A stretch of DNA of 64,000 nucleotides from an uncultured Pelagibacteraceae bacterium (GCA_902552985.1 CACDII010000004.1:2540-66539), one strand, 5' to 3'. Shown: positions 49,894 to 61,912, counted from the stretch's first letter. The notes: generated by a model from the sequence alone, not told the origin. Numbers and translations: made by a program.

Positions 49894-50706
49894 TTATTCA
49901 ATCCACTCTTTATATTTTTTTAAATTGTCTAAAAGATATTTAGGGAAATTTCGATCTAAAGGTATTGCATTAAACTCATCATCTCTTCCTATTATATCCT
50001 TTTTACTTTTTACATTTGTTTTAACTGCTTCTATTTCTAAAAATTTAACATCTATTTTCTCTTTAAATGCGTATGGATCATTTGTCTCACATAAATTTTT
50101 ATATTTATATAAAAGCTCCTCAGGTGATTTAAGATTACAAAAGTGCCAACCTCCATTTTCTATAATGTTATTTAATCTAAATTTATCTATTCTCCAAAAT
50201 GGTCTTTTCTTAAACTTTAAATCTCGTAACCATTGTGGGGATTTTAAAAATTTCTTAATACATAATCTACTTCCATACCAAAATGGATTAGATTTACTTA
50301 AAAGATTAAATTTATAGTAAAAATGCATTTGTTTAAAAACAGCAAACCTTTTTTTTGGATTAAAATTTTTTAATGAATTAGGATTTGGTATCTCATCTAA
50401 ATCAGAAATTATTACTAAGTCATTATCTTCTGCTTTATCAAGGCCCCTAGCTATAGCATTTCTTTGAAAATTTTCTCTTAAATAAGGGTTATCTCCATCA
50501 GGTAAATCTTGAACTTTTATATATATAATTTTATCTTTGAATTTGGAAAAATTGTTAATATTAAATCTAAAGTTTTTTTTATTGTTTTGCCAAGTTTTAT
50601 TTCCTTCAATTATTACAAAATAATCAACATATTCATTTAAAATATTTAATCTTAAATCTAAAAGTAAATCTTCATCCCAATAAGAAAAACAATCATAAAC
50701 TTTCAT
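49894..50706 (-). CDS. GT17-like (beta-1,4-GlcNAc transferase-type) glycosyltransferase
   Basis: VYDCF..E..LL.LRL, RENFQRN, ISDLDEIP, GGWHF. Confidence 0.75.
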   Translation of the reverse strand: MKVYDCFSYWDEDLLLDLRLNILNEYVDYFVIIEGNKTWQNNKKNFRFNINNFSKFKDKIIYIKVQDLPDGDNPYLRENFQRNAIARGLDKAEDNDLVIISDLDEIPNPNSLKNFNPKKRFAVFKQMHFYYKFNLLSKSNPFWYGSRLCIKKFLKSPQWLRDLKFKKRPFWRIDKFRLNNIIENGGWHFCNLKSPEELLYKYKNLCETNDPYAFKEKIDVKFLEIEAVKTNVKSKKDIIGRDDEFNAIPLDRNFPKYLLDNLKKYKEWIE

Positions 50707-52515
50707 TTATTTATCCTTACTTATTTTTAATACACCAATAAAAGCTTCTTGGGGAATTTCAACTCTGCCAAATTGTTTTGATCTAACTTTTCCTTTTTTC
50801 TGTTTATCTAATAATTTTCTTTTTCTATCCCTTGCTCCTCCACCATGAATTTTTGTCAAAACATCTTTTTTAAATCCCTTAATTGTTTCTCTTGCTATAA
50901 TTTTACCACCAATAGCAGCTTGCACGGGTATCATAAAATTATGTCTTGGAATTAAATCTTTTAGTTTTTCACAAACCTCACGTCCTATTGATTGAGCAAA
51001 ATCTTTATGCACCATCATAGCAAGCGCATCTACAGGTTCGGAATTTACTAAAATACTTAATTTTACTAAATTTCCTTCTTTATGACCTATAATTTCGTAA
51101 TCAAAGCTCGCATAGCCGCTTGTCATAGATTTAAGTCTATCATTAAAATCAAAAACTACTTCATTTAATGGAATTTCATAGTTAAGCACTGCCCTGTTAC
51201 CTGAATAACTTAAATTTGTTTGTATACCTCTTTTATCTTGGCATAACTTGATTATAGATCCTAGATACTGATCTGGGGTAATGATTGTTGCCTTAATCCA
51301 AGGTTCTTCAATAAACTTAACAAAAGTAGGATCGGGTAAACTTGAAGGATTCTGTAATTCAGTTATTTCGCCACTATTTAAATGAACCTTGTATACTACT
51401 CCAGGTGTAGTAGTTAATAAGTTTATATCAAATTCCCTCTCTAATCTTTCAGTTATTATTTCCAAATGAAGTAATCCTAAAAAACCACATCTAAAACCTA
51501 AACCTAGTGCAGACGATGTTTCTGGTTCATAAGAAAAACTTGCATCATTTAATTGAAGTTTACCTAAACCATCTTTTAATTTTTGGTACTCTGAGCTATC
51601 AACTGGAAATAGTCCACAAAACACAACTGGTTTACTTGGTTTAAATCCCGGTAAAGCTTTTTTTAATGGCTTACTCGCTTCGCAAATTGTGTCACCAACT
51701 TTAGTTTCTGATAATTTTTTAATTCCTGTGATAATAAATCCAATTTCCCCTGTATTTAATTCTTCTATATTTTTTGGTTTTGGAGTAAAAACTCCAACTT
51801 TTTCAATAATATATTCTTGATTTGTTGACATCATTTTTATTTTCATATTTTTTGTAATTTTTCCATCAATAACTCTTACTAAAATAACTACACCTAAGTA
51901 AGAATCATACCAACTATCAACCAACAAACATTTTAAAATTTCATCTTTTACACCCTTTGGAGAAGGTAATACTTTTATAATCTGTTCTAATATTTCTTCA
52001 ATTCCTTCTCCTGTTTTTCCAGAACATTTTATAGAATTGCTTGTATCAATACCAATTACGTCTTCGATTTGTTTTTTTGTTTTTTCTATATCAGAAGCTG
52101 GTAAATCAATTTTATTTAATACAGGTACTATTTCGTGATTAATATCTAAAGCTTGATAAACATTTGCTAAGGTTTGTGCTTCTACACCTTGGGTGCTATC
52201 AACTATTAAAATAGATCCCTCACAAGCATACAAAGATCTACTTACTTCATAACTAAAATCTACATGTCCTGGAGTGTCAATAATATTCAAAATATAATCT
52301 TTTCCATCTCTTGCTCTATAATTAAGTTTAACAGTTTGAGCCTTAATTGTTATCCCTCTTTCTCTTTCAATATCCATGGAGTCAAGAACTTGCTCTTTCA
52401 TTTCTCTCTCTGTTAGGCCTCCACATTTATGGATTATTCTATCTGCTATTGTAGATTTGCCATGATCAATGTGTGCAATTATAGCAAAATTTCTAATATG
52501 ATCGATTACTGTCAT
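50707..52515 (-). CDS. lepA: elongation factor 4
   Basis: [44 protein letters not shown]. Confidence 0.97.
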   Translation of the reverse strand: MTVIDHIRNFAIIAHIDHGKSTIADRIIHKCGGLTEREMKEQVLDSMDIERERGITIKAQTVKLNYRARDGKDYILNIIDTPGHVDFSYEVSRSLYACEGSILIVDSTQGVEAQTLANVYQALDINHEIVPVLNKIDLPASDIEKTKKQIEDVIGIDTSNSIKCSGKTGEGIEEILEQIIKVLPSPKGVKDEILKCLLVDSWYDSYLGVVILVRVIDGKITKNMKIKMMSTNQEYIIEKVGVFTPKPKNIEELNTGEIGFIITGIKKLSETKVGDTICEASKPLKKALPGFKPSKPVVFCGLFPVDSSEYQKLKDGLGKLQLNDASFSYEPETSSALGLGFRCGFLGLLHLEIITERLEREFDINLLTTTPGVVYKVHLNSGEITELQNPSSLPDPTFVKFIEEPWIKATIITPDQYLGSIIKLCQDKRGIQTNLSYSGNRAVLNYEIPLNEVVFDFNDRLKSMTSGYASFDYEIIGHKEGNLVKLSILVNSEPVDALAMMVHKDFAQSIGREVCEKLKDLIPRHNFMIPVQAAIGGKIIARETIKGFKKDVLTKIHGGGARDRKRKLLDKQKKGKVRSKQFGRVEIPQEAFIGVLKISKDK

Positions 52516-54923
52516 TAAGATCTTATTTTTGCACCAGTTTTATTTTCAACGGTAGAAATTATAAGCTTATTAATTTTTTCTAGATCTTCATCGTTTAGAG
52601 TTTTATCGAAAGATTGAATAGTAACATTTAAAGCAATTGATTTTTTATTTTCTGGTATATTATCGCCTTCATAAATATCAAATACTTTAATACCTTTAAT
52701 TAAACTTTTATCTATTTCTGATATTATTTGAACAAGATCTTGAACTTTGAAAGTTTTATCTAAAACAAAAGCAAAATCACGCTCAGACTTTTGATAATCT
52801 GAAAATTTATACTGTGGTTTTTGATCTATTAATTTTTTCTCTCTTTTTTTAATATTATCTAAGAAAATTTCGAAAATTGCTAAAGTTTCAGTTTTAATAT
52901 CAAGTTTTTTTATAATATTTGGATGTATCTCTCCAAAATAGGCCACTGGCTTATTTTCATTTTTATTTAAATATATAGCACCAGACTTGCCTGGATGAAA
53001 ATAATTTGGAGTTTTGTCATTTATAAAAAATTTATCTTGATTAAAACCAGCTTCTATTAAGCTTTGCACTACATCTCTTTTAGCATCAAATAAATCAACT
53101 GGTCTCTCTTTTTCTAACCAATTAAGTCTGGACACTTTGCCTGATTTCAAGGCTGATATCACAGTTTGCTGGTCACCCGGTTTATGTCCACTAAAAATTG
53201 GGCCAATTTCAAAAAGTGAAATATCTTTAAAACCTCTATCTAAATTTTTTTTTAAATAAATTATTAAGTTAGAAAAAATAGAATTTCTTAACACATTAAG
53301 ATCTGAACTAATCGGATTTACAATCTGAATTTGTGAATTATTTTCATTAAATAATTGGTTAACTTTAGAGTCAGTAAAAGACCAAGTTATTGTTTCCAGA
53401 TATCCTTTAGAGGCCATGGAACGTTGAAAAAAATGAAACAACTTTTGTTGTTTATTCAATGTTGACTTTAATCTTGCCTTTTCTGGTTCTTCAATTTTTA
53501 TCTGATCATAACCTTTAATTCTAACAATCTCTTCAACAATATCTATTGATTGGGTTATATCTGGTCTCCATGATGGAGCCTGAAGATTTAAAATATTTTT
53601 CTGCTTTTTTATTTTGAATCCTAAATTAGACAAAATTGTTATAATTTCCTTATCACTCACTTTAAAGCCAGTAATTTTTTCAAAAAAAGAAATTTCAAAT
53701 TTAATTTGAATTTTTTTTATATTTGTATTTTTTTTTATATCTATTTTACTAATCTCTCCGCCGCAAATTTTTTTAATTAATTCTGCTCCTTTTAATAGTC
53801 CTAATTCAATTGATTCAGGATCAATTCCTCTTTCAAACCGATATTTAGCATCAGTATCTATATTTAATAATTTTGAAGTTTTTCTTATTGATCTTGGATC
53901 AAAATATGCAGACTCTAGTAATATATTTTTAGTATTAAGTTCTGTACCAGATCTAGTTCCTCCGATTATTCCTCCAAGCCCTAATACTCCAGATCTATCT
54001 GATATGACGCACATGTTATTATCAAGTGAATAATTTTCATTGTCTAAAGCCTTAAAAGTTTCTCCTTTTTTTGAGTTTCTAACAACAATTCCCTTATCTA
54101 TTTTATCTGCATCATACGCGTGAAGAGGTCTATTTAAGTCTATCATTACATAATTTGTAATATCTACAATTGCTGAAATTGGCTTCTGTCCCAAGGCAAT
54201 AATTTTATCTTTTAACCATTTAGGACTTTCTATATTTTTAACTCCTTTAATTAAGCAACTTCCAAAAGCTAAACATCCTTGATTTTTTTCTTTAGTAATT
54301 TTTATATTTATTTTTTGAGGACTAAGATTTTTTATTTTTTTTAAATTTAGTTTTTTTAATTTTCCTACTCCTGCCGCAGCTAAATCTCTTGCGATTCCTC
54401 TAACTCCAAGACAATCCGCTCTATTTGGAGTTATTGAGAGATCTATTATTTTTGAATTAATATTTTTAAAATACTTCTTACCCACTTGATTATTATATTT
54501 TTTTGAAGAAAGTTCTATAATACCTTCACTTTCATTAGACAAATTTAATTCAGATTCCGAACAAAGCATTCCATATGAAGTAACTCCCCTTATTTTACTA
54601 ACGGATAGTTTCATTTGATTTTTAGGAATAACAGAACCTGGAGAAGCATATATAGTTAAAAGATTTTTCTTTGCATTTGAAGCTCCACAAACAACCCTAA
54701 CAATTTGTTTATTTCCTATATCTACATCACATACTTTAAGACGATCTGCATTTGGATGTTGCTCTGAATTTAATATTCTCGCAACAATAAAATTATCTAA
54801 TTCCGATGTTGGGCTTTGAAAACTTTCTACCTCAAGTCCAATATCAGTTAATTTATTTGAAATTTTTTTATCATCATACTTAGTATCTAAATGTTCTTTA
54901 AGCCAGTCTATCGTGAACTTCAT
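52515..54923 (-). CDS. pheT: phenylalanine--tRNA ligase beta subunit
   Basis: [40 protein letters not shown]. Confidence 0.96.
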   Translation of the reverse strand: MKFTIDWLKEHLDTKYDDKKISNKLTDIGLEVESFQSPTSELDNFIVARILNSEQHPNADRLKVCDVDIGNKQIVRVVCGASNAKKNLLTIYASPGSVIPKNQMKLSVSKIRGVTSYGMLCSESELNLSNESEGIIELSSKKYNNQVGKKYFKNINSKIIDLSITPNRADCLGVRGIARDLAAAGVGKLKKLNLKKIKNLSPQKINIKITKEKNQGCLAFGSCLIKGVKNIESPKWLKDKIIALGQKPISAIVDITNYVMIDLNRPLHAYDADKIDKGIVVRNSKKGETFKALDNENYSLDNNMCVISDRSGVLGLGGIIGGTRSGTELNTKNILLESAYFDPRSIRKTSKLLNIDTDAKYRFERGIDPESIELGLLKGAELIKKICGGEISKIDIKKNTNIKKIQIKFEISFFEKITGFKVSDKEIITILSNLGFKIKKQKNILNLQAPSWRPDITQSIDIVEEIVRIKGYDQIKIEEPEKARLKSTLNKQQKLFHFFQRSMASKGYLETITWSFTDSKVNQLFNENNSQIQIVNPISSDLNVLRNSIFSNLIIYLKKNLDRGFKDISLFEIGPIFSGHKPGDQQTVISALKSGKVSRLNWLEKERPVDLFDAKRDVVQSLIEAGFNQDKFFINDKTPNYFHPGKSGAIYLNKNENKPVAYFGEIHPNIIKKLDIKTETLAIFEIFLDNIKKREKKLIDQKPQYKFSDYQKSERDFAFVLDKTFKVQDLVQIISEIDKSLIKGIKVFDIYEGDNIPENKKSIALNVTIQSFDKTLNDEDLEKINKLIISTVENKTGAKIRS

Positions 54924-55987
54924 CTGCTTAAACCTCTATAACTTGAAGGAACATCCAATGGATCAAATCCAAAATGATTTAGCCATCTATAATCTGTTTC
55001 AAAAAAAGATCTTAGATCATTTATTCCATATTTAAGCATAGCTAATCTATCTATACCTATTCCAAATGCATAACCTTGATATTTTGATGGGTCTACTTTC
55101 ACATTTTTTAGTACATTAGGATGAACCATTCCACATCCTAAAATTTCTAACCACTTATCCCCTTCGCCAATAATTATCTTGCCATCTTTTATTTTATACC
55201 CAATATCAACCTCAGCTGATGGTTCCGTAAATGGAAAATGGCTTGGTCTAAATCTCATTTTTATCTTATTAACTTCAAAAAATTCTTTTATAAAATAATT
55301 TAAACAACCTTTTAAATGTCCCATGTTGATATTTTTATCTATGTGAAGACCTTCAACTTGATGAAACATTGGAGAATGTGTTTGGTCACTATCTGATCTA
55401 TAGGTTCTACCTGGAGCTATTATTTTAAAAGGTGGTTTTCCTTTTAACATTGTTCTAACCTGTACAGGAGAAGTATGTGTTCTTAATAAATATTCCTTAT
55501 TATTGTCTAAATAGAAAGTGTCATGCATATCTCTAGCTGGATGGTTATCAGGAGTGTTTAGTGCTGTAAAATTATTATATTCATTTTCAACATCTGGACC
55601 TTCTTCAACATTAAAACCTATTTCAGAAAAGATTGAAGATATCTCATCAATAACCTGTGAAACTGGATGAATTTTCCCTTGATTAAAACTTCTTTCAGGG
55701 AGAGTAACGTCAATTTTTTCATTTTGAAGCTTTGAATTGATTTCTATAATTTCTAGGTCTTGAATTTTTTTTGATATTGCAGTTTGAATTTCATCTTTAA
55801 TTGAATTTAATTCTGATGCAAATTTTTTTCTCTCCTCAACAGCTATTGAGCCCAATTTTTTAAACTCATTTGAAATTTTTCCATTTTTTCCAAATAAATC
55901 TGTTTTTATTTGATTAACGCTATTAAGATCTAAGTCTTGTTTAAGCTTGTTAATAAATTCTTCTTTAATTTTTTTAATATCTGACAT
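54920..55987 (-). CDS. pheS: phenylalanine--tRNA ligase alpha subunit
   Basis: [41 protein letters not shown]. Confidence 0.97.
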   Translation of the reverse strand: MSDIKKIKEEFINKLKQDLDLNSVNQIKTDLFGKNGKISNEFKKLGSIAVEERKKFASELNSIKDEIQTAISKKIQDLEIIEINSKLQNEKIDVTLPERSFNQGKIHPVSQVIDEISSIFSEIGFNVEEGPDVENEYNNFTALNTPDNHPARDMHDTFYLDNNKEYLLRTHTSPVQVRTMLKGKPPFKIIAPGRTYRSDSDQTHSPMFHQVEGLHIDKNINMGHLKGCLNYFIKEFFEVNKIKMRFRPSHFPFTEPSAEVDIGYKIKDGKIIIGEGDKWLEILGCGMVHPNVLKNVKVDPSKYQGYAFGIGIDRLAMLKYGINDLRSFFETDYRWLNHFGFDPLDVPSSYRGLSR

Positions 55988-56001
55988 ATTTGCAGATTAT
56001 T

Positions 56002-56030
56002 TCTTCGCTAGAATAAAACAATAGTGAAGA
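56002..56030. other. hairpin between rplT and pheS
   Basis: TCTTCGCTA-11 nt-TAGTGAAGA (8 of 9 Watson-Crick pairs) immediately after the rplT stop; no U-tract on the sense strand. Confidence 0.35.
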
Positions 56031-56387
56031 TTAATTTAATGCTGATTGCGCTTTTTTTACAATTGTTTTGAAGGCTTCTGGGTTATCGTATGCTATTTCT
56101 GCTAGAATTTTTCTATCTAATTTAATTCCAAACTTGCTTAAACCATGGATAAATTTTGAATAAGTTAGACCTTCTGCTCTTACACCTGCATTAATTCTTT
56201 GTATCCATAATGATTTAAAATCTCTTTTTTTGTTTCTACGATCTCTATAAGCATACTGCATAGCCTTTTCCATTGCTTGTCTTGCAACTCTTATAGTATT
56301 TTTTCTTCTCCCCCATTGCCCTTTAACGGCTTTTAAAACTTTCTTATGCTTAGCGTGACTAGTTACACCTCTTTTTACTCTTGCCAT
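56031..56387 (-). CDS. rplT: 50S ribosomal protein L20
   Basis: [30 protein letters not shown]. Confidence 0.98.
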   Translation of the reverse strand: MARVKRGVTSHAKHKKVLKAVKGQWGRRKNTIRVARQAMEKAMQYAYRDRRNKKRDFKSLWIQRINAGVRAEGLTYSKFIHGLSKFGIKLDRKILAEIAYDNPEAFKTIVKKAQSALN

Positions 56388-56388
56388 T

Positions 56389-56595
56389 TTATCCTCTTAA
56401 ACTGTAAGGCATGTAAGATTTAACAATTTTACTATCTTGTTTTGACATCGTTGTTGTGCCTCTTTGTTTTCTTATTTGTGAATTTGTTCTTTTAATCATA
56501 CCATGTCTTTTTCCTGCCTGAGCCATAATCACTTTGCCTCTTGCACTTATTTTAAATCTTTTCTTCGCTGAACTTTTGGTTTTTAACTTTGGCAT
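56389..56595 (-). CDS. rpmI: 50S ribosomal protein L35
   Basis: [18 protein letters not shown]. Confidence 0.97.
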   Translation of the reverse strand: MPKLKTKSSAKKRFKISARGKVIMAQAGKRHGMIKRTNSQIRKQRGTTTMSKQDSKIVKSYMPYSLRG

Positions 56596-56606
56596 AATTG
56601 AGGGTG

Positions 56607-56635
56607 GTTATACAAACATTAATATTAATTTACAA
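56607..56635 (-). promoter_or_regulatory. putative sigma70 promoter for rpmI-rplT
   Basis: TTGTAA-17 bp-TATAAC, 11 nt before the rpmI ATG. Confidence 0.6.
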
Positions 56636-56648
56636 CCTCTATTATCAT

Positions 56649-57194
56649 TTATAATGGTTGAATAACCATTATCATTTGCTTACCATCAAATTTTGGTTCT
56701 TGTTCTACTTTTCCAATATCTTGCATATCTTGCTTAATTTTATTCATAAGCTCATTACCCAGATGTGAGTGCTGCAATTCTCTTCCTTTAAATCTAATTG
56801 TAAATTTAACCTTATCTCCTTTAGAAATAAATTTTTGAGCATTTTTTATCTTAAATTTATAGTCATGAATTTCTGTAACTGGTCTTAATTTTATTTCTTT
56901 TAATTCAATTCTTTTTTGTTTTTTTTTTGCCTTGTTAGCTTTTTTTTGAGCATCATATTTATATTTGCCCATATCAATAATTTTACAGACTGGAGGTTTC
57001 GCATTCGGCGCAATTTCTATTAAATCTAGACCCTCATCTTTAGCCATAGCAATTGCTTCATTGGTATTCAGTACTCCCAAATTTTCTCCATTGCTAGCTA
57101 TTACTTGAACCTCAGGCGAATTAATTCTGTTATTATATCTTGGACCTCTATCTTTGGTTCTTCTTTGAAAATAATTTTGTTTAAATTCTGCCAC
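56649..57194 (-). CDS. infC: translation initiation factor IF-3 (start uncertain; GTG right after thrS stop)
   Basis: LDLIEI.P...PPVCKI.D.GK.KY, KEIK.RP, GDKVK, F.GRE. Confidence 0.95.
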   Translation of the reverse strand: MAEFKQNYFQRRTKDRGPRYNNRINSPEVQVIASNGENLGVLNTNEAIAMAKDEGLDLIEIAPNAKPPVCKIIDMGKYKYDAQKKANKAKKKQKRIELKEIKLRPVTEIHDYKFKIKNAQKFISKGDKVKFTIRFKGRELQHSHLGNELMNKIKQDMQDIGKVEQEPKFDGKQMIMVIQPL

Positions 57195-59111
57195 TTAGTT
57201 TAACGGTGCTTTGCTTAAGTCAGCAAATTTTTTTAGAAATGTTTTTAATTCCATATTTTCCTGTTTATTAGAATCCAATCTTCTAATAGTTACGCTATTG
57301 CTGTCAACTTCTTTTTTACCACAAATGAGCAAAAGTGGTACTTTTGACATTGAATGTTCGCGAATTTTGTAATTTAAGTTATGATTTTTTAAATCAACTT
57401 CAGAAGTAATACCCGTGTCACTAATTTTTTTGTTAATTTTTTCTGCATAATCATTAAAATCATCTGAAACTGGAATAACCATAACTTGCAGAGGAGATAA
57501 CCAAAAAGGAAGCTTTCCAGAATAATTTTCAATTAATATTCCAATAAATCTTTCTAAAGATCCAAACAATGCTCTATGCAGCATGACTGGAACTTTTTTA
57601 CTACCATCTTTGTCAACGTATGATGCTCCTAATCTTTCTGGTAAATTTAAGTCTACTTGTAAAGTTCCACATTGCCAATCACGACCTATAGCATCTCTTA
57701 ATACAAACTCAATTTTTGGTCCATAGAAAGCACCTTCTCCTTTGTTAACGCTATATTCAAGCTTTGATGCCTTTACTGCTTTTAATAATGCTGCTTCAGA
57801 TTTATCCCAAACTTTATCTTCTCCGACTCTCACTTTTGGTCTATCAGAATATTTTAAAATTATATTTTCAAATCCTAAATCTTTATAAATTCCTAGTATT
57901 AAATTTGTAACAGATAATGACTCCTCTGTAATTTGATCTTCAGTACAAAATATATGAGCATCATCTTGTGTAAAAGCTCTAACCCTTAACAGTCCATGCA
58001 AAGCTCCCGAAGGTTCATATCTGTGTACTTTTCCAAATTCAGACATTTTTAATGGAAGGTCTCTATAGCTTTTTAATCCTTGATTGAAAACTTGAACACA
58101 TCCTGGGCAATTCATTGGTTTAATAGCAAAAACTTTATCATCTGGAGTTGTTGAGGTATACATGTGTTCACCAAATTTTTCCCAATGTCCTGATTTTTCC
58201 CACAAAGATCTATCTAAAATTTCAGGTGTATTTATTTCTTTATAACCTGCTGCTTTTTGTTTCGAACGCATATAATCAATTAATTTCTGAAATAAGTTCC
58301 ATCCTTTTTCATGCCAAAAAACTGAGCCGGGACTCTCTTCTCTAAAATGAAAAAGATCCATTTCTTTTCCTAATTTTCTATGATCTCTTTTTTCTGCTTC
58401 TTCTAATCTTTTGATATAATTTTCTAAATCTTTTTTTGAAGCCCAAGAAGTTCCGTATATTCTTTGTAGCATTTCATTGTTTGAGTTGCCTCTCCAATAA
58501 GCTCCAGCTACTTTTGTTAATTTAAAATTCTTTCCAATCTTGCCAGTGGAAGTTAAATGGGGCCCTCGACATAAATCATGCCATTTTCCATGAAAATAAA
58601 TTGAAACTTCTTCGCCTTCAGGAATTTCATTAATAATTTCAGATTTATATTTCTCGCCAATTTTTTTAAAGTGTAATATAGCCTTATCTCGATTCCAAAC
58701 TTCTCTGCGCGTAGTTTCATTTCTATCAACTATTTCCGACATTTTTTCTTCAATTTTTTTTAAGTCTCCTTGAGTAAAAGGTTCCTTCCTAGAAAAATCA
58801 TAATAAAAACCATCTTCTATTGTTGGTCCAATTGTTACTTGGGTTCCAGGAAATAATTCTTGCACAGCCATTGCTAAAATATGAGCGGTATCATGTCGAA
58901 TTGTTTCCAAGCCTTCCTTGTCTTTAGAAGTAAAAATTTTAACAGAAGAATCTTTTTCAATTTCAAAACTTAAATCTTTTAAATCGTTATTTACGCTCAT
59001 AATAAGAGCTTCTTTAGCTAAAGATTTGCTAATTTTTTCTGCAATCTCCAGACCGTTAACTTTTTTAGAAAAGTTTATATTTTTACCATCAGGTAATTTT
59101 ATATTTGGCAT
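57195..59111 (-). CDS. thrS: threonine--tRNA ligase
   Basis: RH.TAH, DLCRGPH, AYWRG, RDHRKLG, KPMNCP, FTQDDAH, HRA.FGS.ERF. Confidence 0.97.
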   Translation of the reverse strand: MPNIKLPDGKNINFSKKVNGLEIAEKISKSLAKEALIMSVNNDLKDLSFEIEKDSSVKIFTSKDKEGLETIRHDTAHILAMAVQELFPGTQVTIGPTIEDGFYYDFSRKEPFTQGDLKKIEEKMSEIVDRNETTRREVWNRDKAILHFKKIGEKYKSEIINEIPEGEEVSIYFHGKWHDLCRGPHLTSTGKIGKNFKLTKVAGAYWRGNSNNEMLQRIYGTSWASKKDLENYIKRLEEAEKRDHRKLGKEMDLFHFREESPGSVFWHEKGWNLFQKLIDYMRSKQKAAGYKEINTPEILDRSLWEKSGHWEKFGEHMYTSTTPDDKVFAIKPMNCPGCVQVFNQGLKSYRDLPLKMSEFGKVHRYEPSGALHGLLRVRAFTQDDAHIFCTEDQITEESLSVTNLILGIYKDLGFENIILKYSDRPKVRVGEDKVWDKSEAALLKAVKASKLEYSVNKGEGAFYGPKIEFVLRDAIGRDWQCGTLQVDLNLPERLGASYVDKDGSKKVPVMLHRALFGSLERFIGILIENYSGKLPFWLSPLQVMVIPVSDDFNDYAEKINKKISDTGITSEVDLKNHNLNYKIREHSMSKVPLLLICGKKEVDSNSVTIRRLDSNKQENMELKTFLKKFADLSKAPLN

Positions 59112-60265
59112 TAATTAATTAATTTTTTATATTCTGAATATGTAGTAAAGCACATCTTTTCAATATTGAATTTTTTTACAACATTTTTTCTACCTTCACT
59201 ACCCATTAATTTCAATGTTGTTTCATCTAATTGCAATACTTCTATTATTTTCGCACACAATGCCTCCGGATTTCCAGACTCAAATAATATCCCTGTTTTG
59301 TTATTTACTATAGTTTCGTTTGAACCTCCAATATTGCTGGCTATAATTGGTTTTTCCATTGATTGAGCCTCTACAGATACTCTTCCAAACGATTCTGCTT
59401 CAATTGATGACGATATAACAATATTAGCAATTTTATATGCTACAGGCATCTTTTTACACTCATCAATAAATTTTACCTGATTACTAAGTCGATATTGATC
59501 AACAAGTCTTATAAGTTTTTTTTTGAAAATTTTTCTTCCCTGATCACTACCTAATATTACAGCATAAAATGCTTCATGTCCTAATTGTATATTAACTAAA
59601 TTTATAGCTTCAAGAAATAATTCCTGACCTTTCCATTCGGTCAGCCTTCCAGGTAATAATATTATTTTTTTGCCTCTTTTAATTTCCCATTTTTTTAATA
59701 ATTTATCTTCATCTGTATCTAATATTGTTGAACCATCAAAATAATCTGTATTAATTCCTCTAAATATTACTAAAAATTTTTTTTTTGAATTTAAATATTC
59801 TGAATAATTTTCATTAATATGTGAAAAAATAAAATTTGAACCAGCTATTATTAAATCTGATTTCAACATAATAGAATTATAAAATTTTTTAAATACATTG
59901 CTAAAATTATAGGTTCCATGAAAAGTTGTTACAAATTTTCTTCTAGTAATTTTTGTTGCAAAATAACATGACCAAGCTGGCGCTCTACTTCTCGCATGAA
60001 CAATTGAAATTTTTAAAAATAAAATAATAAAACTTAAAATAATTGCATTAATTAAAATTAGCAATGGATTCTTGCTATGAACTGGTAGTCTGATTACTTT
60101 TACTCTATTTTTGTTTACATATTTAAGAAGTTCACCACCACTAGTTACAATGTATGATGAACAATTTTGTTCATAAAGATAGTGTGCTAAATCATAACAT
60201 CCTGTTTCAGCCCCACCATACCCTAAACTTGGAATTACTTGTAAAACTTTTATTTTAGATGACAT
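59111..60265 (-). CDS. GT4-family glycosyltransferase
   Basis: VLQVIP.L..GG.E, HARSRAPAW, PGRLT.WKG, ESFGRV.VEAQ. Confidence 0.88.
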   Translation of the reverse strand: MSSKIKVLQVIPSLGYGGAETGCYDLAHYLYEQNCSSYIVTSGGELLKYVNKNRVKVIRLPVHSKNPLLILINAIILSFIILFLKISIVHARSRAPAWSCYFATKITRRKFVTTFHGTYNFSNVFKKFYNSIMLKSDLIIAGSNFIFSHINENYSEYLNSKKKFLVIFRGINTDYFDGSTILDTDEDKLLKKWEIKRGKKIILLPGRLTEWKGQELFLEAINLVNIQLGHEAFYAVILGSDQGRKIFKKKLIRLVDQYRLSNQVKFIDECKKMPVAYKIANIVISSSIEAESFGRVSVEAQSMEKPIIASNIGGSNETIVNNKTGILFESGNPEALCAKIIEVLQLDETTLKLMGSEGRKNVVKKFNIEKMCFTTYSEYKKLIN

Positions 60266-60307
60266 TTGATAGAACTATACAATAAGAAATTATTCTAATA
60301 AACTTTT

Positions 60308-61063
60308 ATGAGAAGATTTAAATACATAAAAATATCAAAAAGTAAAAAAATTAGATATTTAACTAATTATTATAAGAAAAACCTATATATAATATTTCTT
60401 CACGGTTTTATGTCTGACCTGGAAGGTGAAAAACCTTTAAATTTTCAAAAATTCTCACAAAAAAAAAGATTGGGATTTTTAGCAATTGAATATTCTGGTC
60501 ATGGAAAATCTTCAGGAAAATTTACAAATGGAAATATTAGTCAATGGACTAATGAAGTTAAAATAGTGATTAAAAAAATTGTAAAAAAAAACAACTTTAT
60601 TTTAGTAGGTTCAAGTATGGGTGCTTGGCTTGCAATCAATCAATTTGAATTCTTCAAAAATCAAATTAAGGGTTTTTTAGGAATTGGATCTGCTCCAGAG
60701 TTTTTAGAAAGATTAATGTGGAAAAAATTTACAAAAAAAATGAAATATGAAACAAAAAAACATGGAGTATACAATCTTAAACATGGAGACTATGAATATC
60801 CAATAACTTATCAATTAATAAAAGATGGAAGAAAAAATAAAGTCCTTAATAAAAAAATTAAATCAAAAATTTATTTAACACTGTTACATGGCAGTAAAGA
60901 TGAAGTGGTGCCTATAATTTATTCAAAAAAAGTTCTTAAATTATTTAAAAATGCCAAGAGAAAAATAGTTATAATAAAAAATGGAGATCACAGCTTATCA
61001 AGTAAAAAAAATTTAAAAAAAATCAATACCGAACTAAGTAAGATTATTTCTAATATTATTTAA
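60308..61063 (+). CDS. alpha/beta hydrolase
   Basis: FLHGF.SD, GSSMG nucleophile elbow, HG..DEVVP, GDH.LS. Confidence 0.88.
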   Translation: MRRFKYIKISKSKKIRYLTNYYKKNLYIIFLHGFMSDLEGEKPLNFQKFSQKKRLGFLAIEYSGHGKSSGKFTNGNISQWTNEVKIVIKKIVKKNNFILVGSSMGAWLAINQFEFFKNQIKGFLGIGSAPEFLERLMWKKFTKKMKYETKKHGVYNLKHGDYEYPITYQLIKDGRKNKVLNKKIKSKIYLTLLHGSKDEVVPIIYSKKVLKLFKNAKRKIVIIKNGDHSLSSKKNLKKINTELSKIISNII

Positions 61064-61909
61064 ACCTTCAATGTAAGTTGGAAATTTTAAATTATAATTA
61101 AAAAAATTTTTCATTTTTTTATTACTAACCTTTTTTGAATCTTTATAAAAATTTTTTAACATTTCACTTTGAATATCTTTTATTTCAATAATTTCTGGCT
61201 TTTTTAAATTAAGCATTTTTACAGCATATAAAGTTACTTCTTCCGACGAAGCTGGTTTGTCATCAGAGATATTATATGTTTCTCCAGATTTAAAATTTGA
61301 TAAAGATTTAAATAAAATGTTGGCAATATCCTCTACATGCACTCTTGAAAAAAGATGGTTTTTAACATTAACAATATTAGCATTACCAGCCTTTAATCTC
61401 TTAAAAATATTATTTTCATCAGAATAAATTCCAGACAATCTAAATATTTGTATTGGTAATTTTTTTTTTTCAAACAATGAGATCCACGATTTTTCTGCAT
61501 TAAGTCTTGCTATACCATTTGCTGAAGTTGGAAGAGTTTTGCTTTCTTCATTTACCCACTGACCCTTATGGTCTCCATAAACACTGGTTGCTGATAAATA
61601 TGTAATCCACTCTGGATTACATTCCTCAATTATTTTTGAAAAATTTTTGAAAACTATATCATTTCCATTTGCTGGCGGAATTGATATCAAAATATGTTTA
61701 GCTTGTTTAAGTTTAATAATCAATTCAGAGTCAAAACTTTTACCTTCAAAATGAAAACTATTATAATTAATTTCATTAATTTTTTTTTCTTTTGTTTTGT
61801 CTCGTGAAGTAGTGCTTAAATTAAATTTAATTTTTTCTAAATTAAGTTTATTTATAAAATTTTTTGCTACCTGACCAAAACCAAAGCAAAATATATTTAA
61901 ATCTTTCAT
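61034..61909 (-). CDS. atypical SDR / NAD-dependent epimerase-like protein
   Basis: FGFG, YLSATSVYGD, R..AE, FRLSGIY, SRVHVEDI, YNISDD. Confidence 0.8.
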   Translation of the reverse strand: MKDLNIFCFGFGQVAKNFINKLNLEKIKFNLSTTSRDKTKEKKINEINYNSFHFEGKSFDSELIIKLKQAKHILISIPPANGNDIVFKNFSKIIEECNPEWITYLSATSVYGDHKGQWVNEESKTLPTSANGIARLNAEKSWISLFEKKKLPIQIFRLSGIYSDENNIFKRLKAGNANIVNVKNHLFSRVHVEDIANILFKSLSNFKSGETYNISDDKPASSEEVTLYAVKMLNLKKPEIIEIKDIQSEMLKNFYKDSKKVSNKKMKNFFNYNLKFPTYIEGLNNIRNNLT

Positions 61910-61912
61910 TTT

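Noticed and set aside
45843-50706. Integrative element or prophage at tRNA-Ser (also checked by eye at tRNA-His, -Phe, -Thr)
   Set aside because: No integrase and no duplicated tRNA 3' end noticed; core genes follow the tRNA 3' ends.
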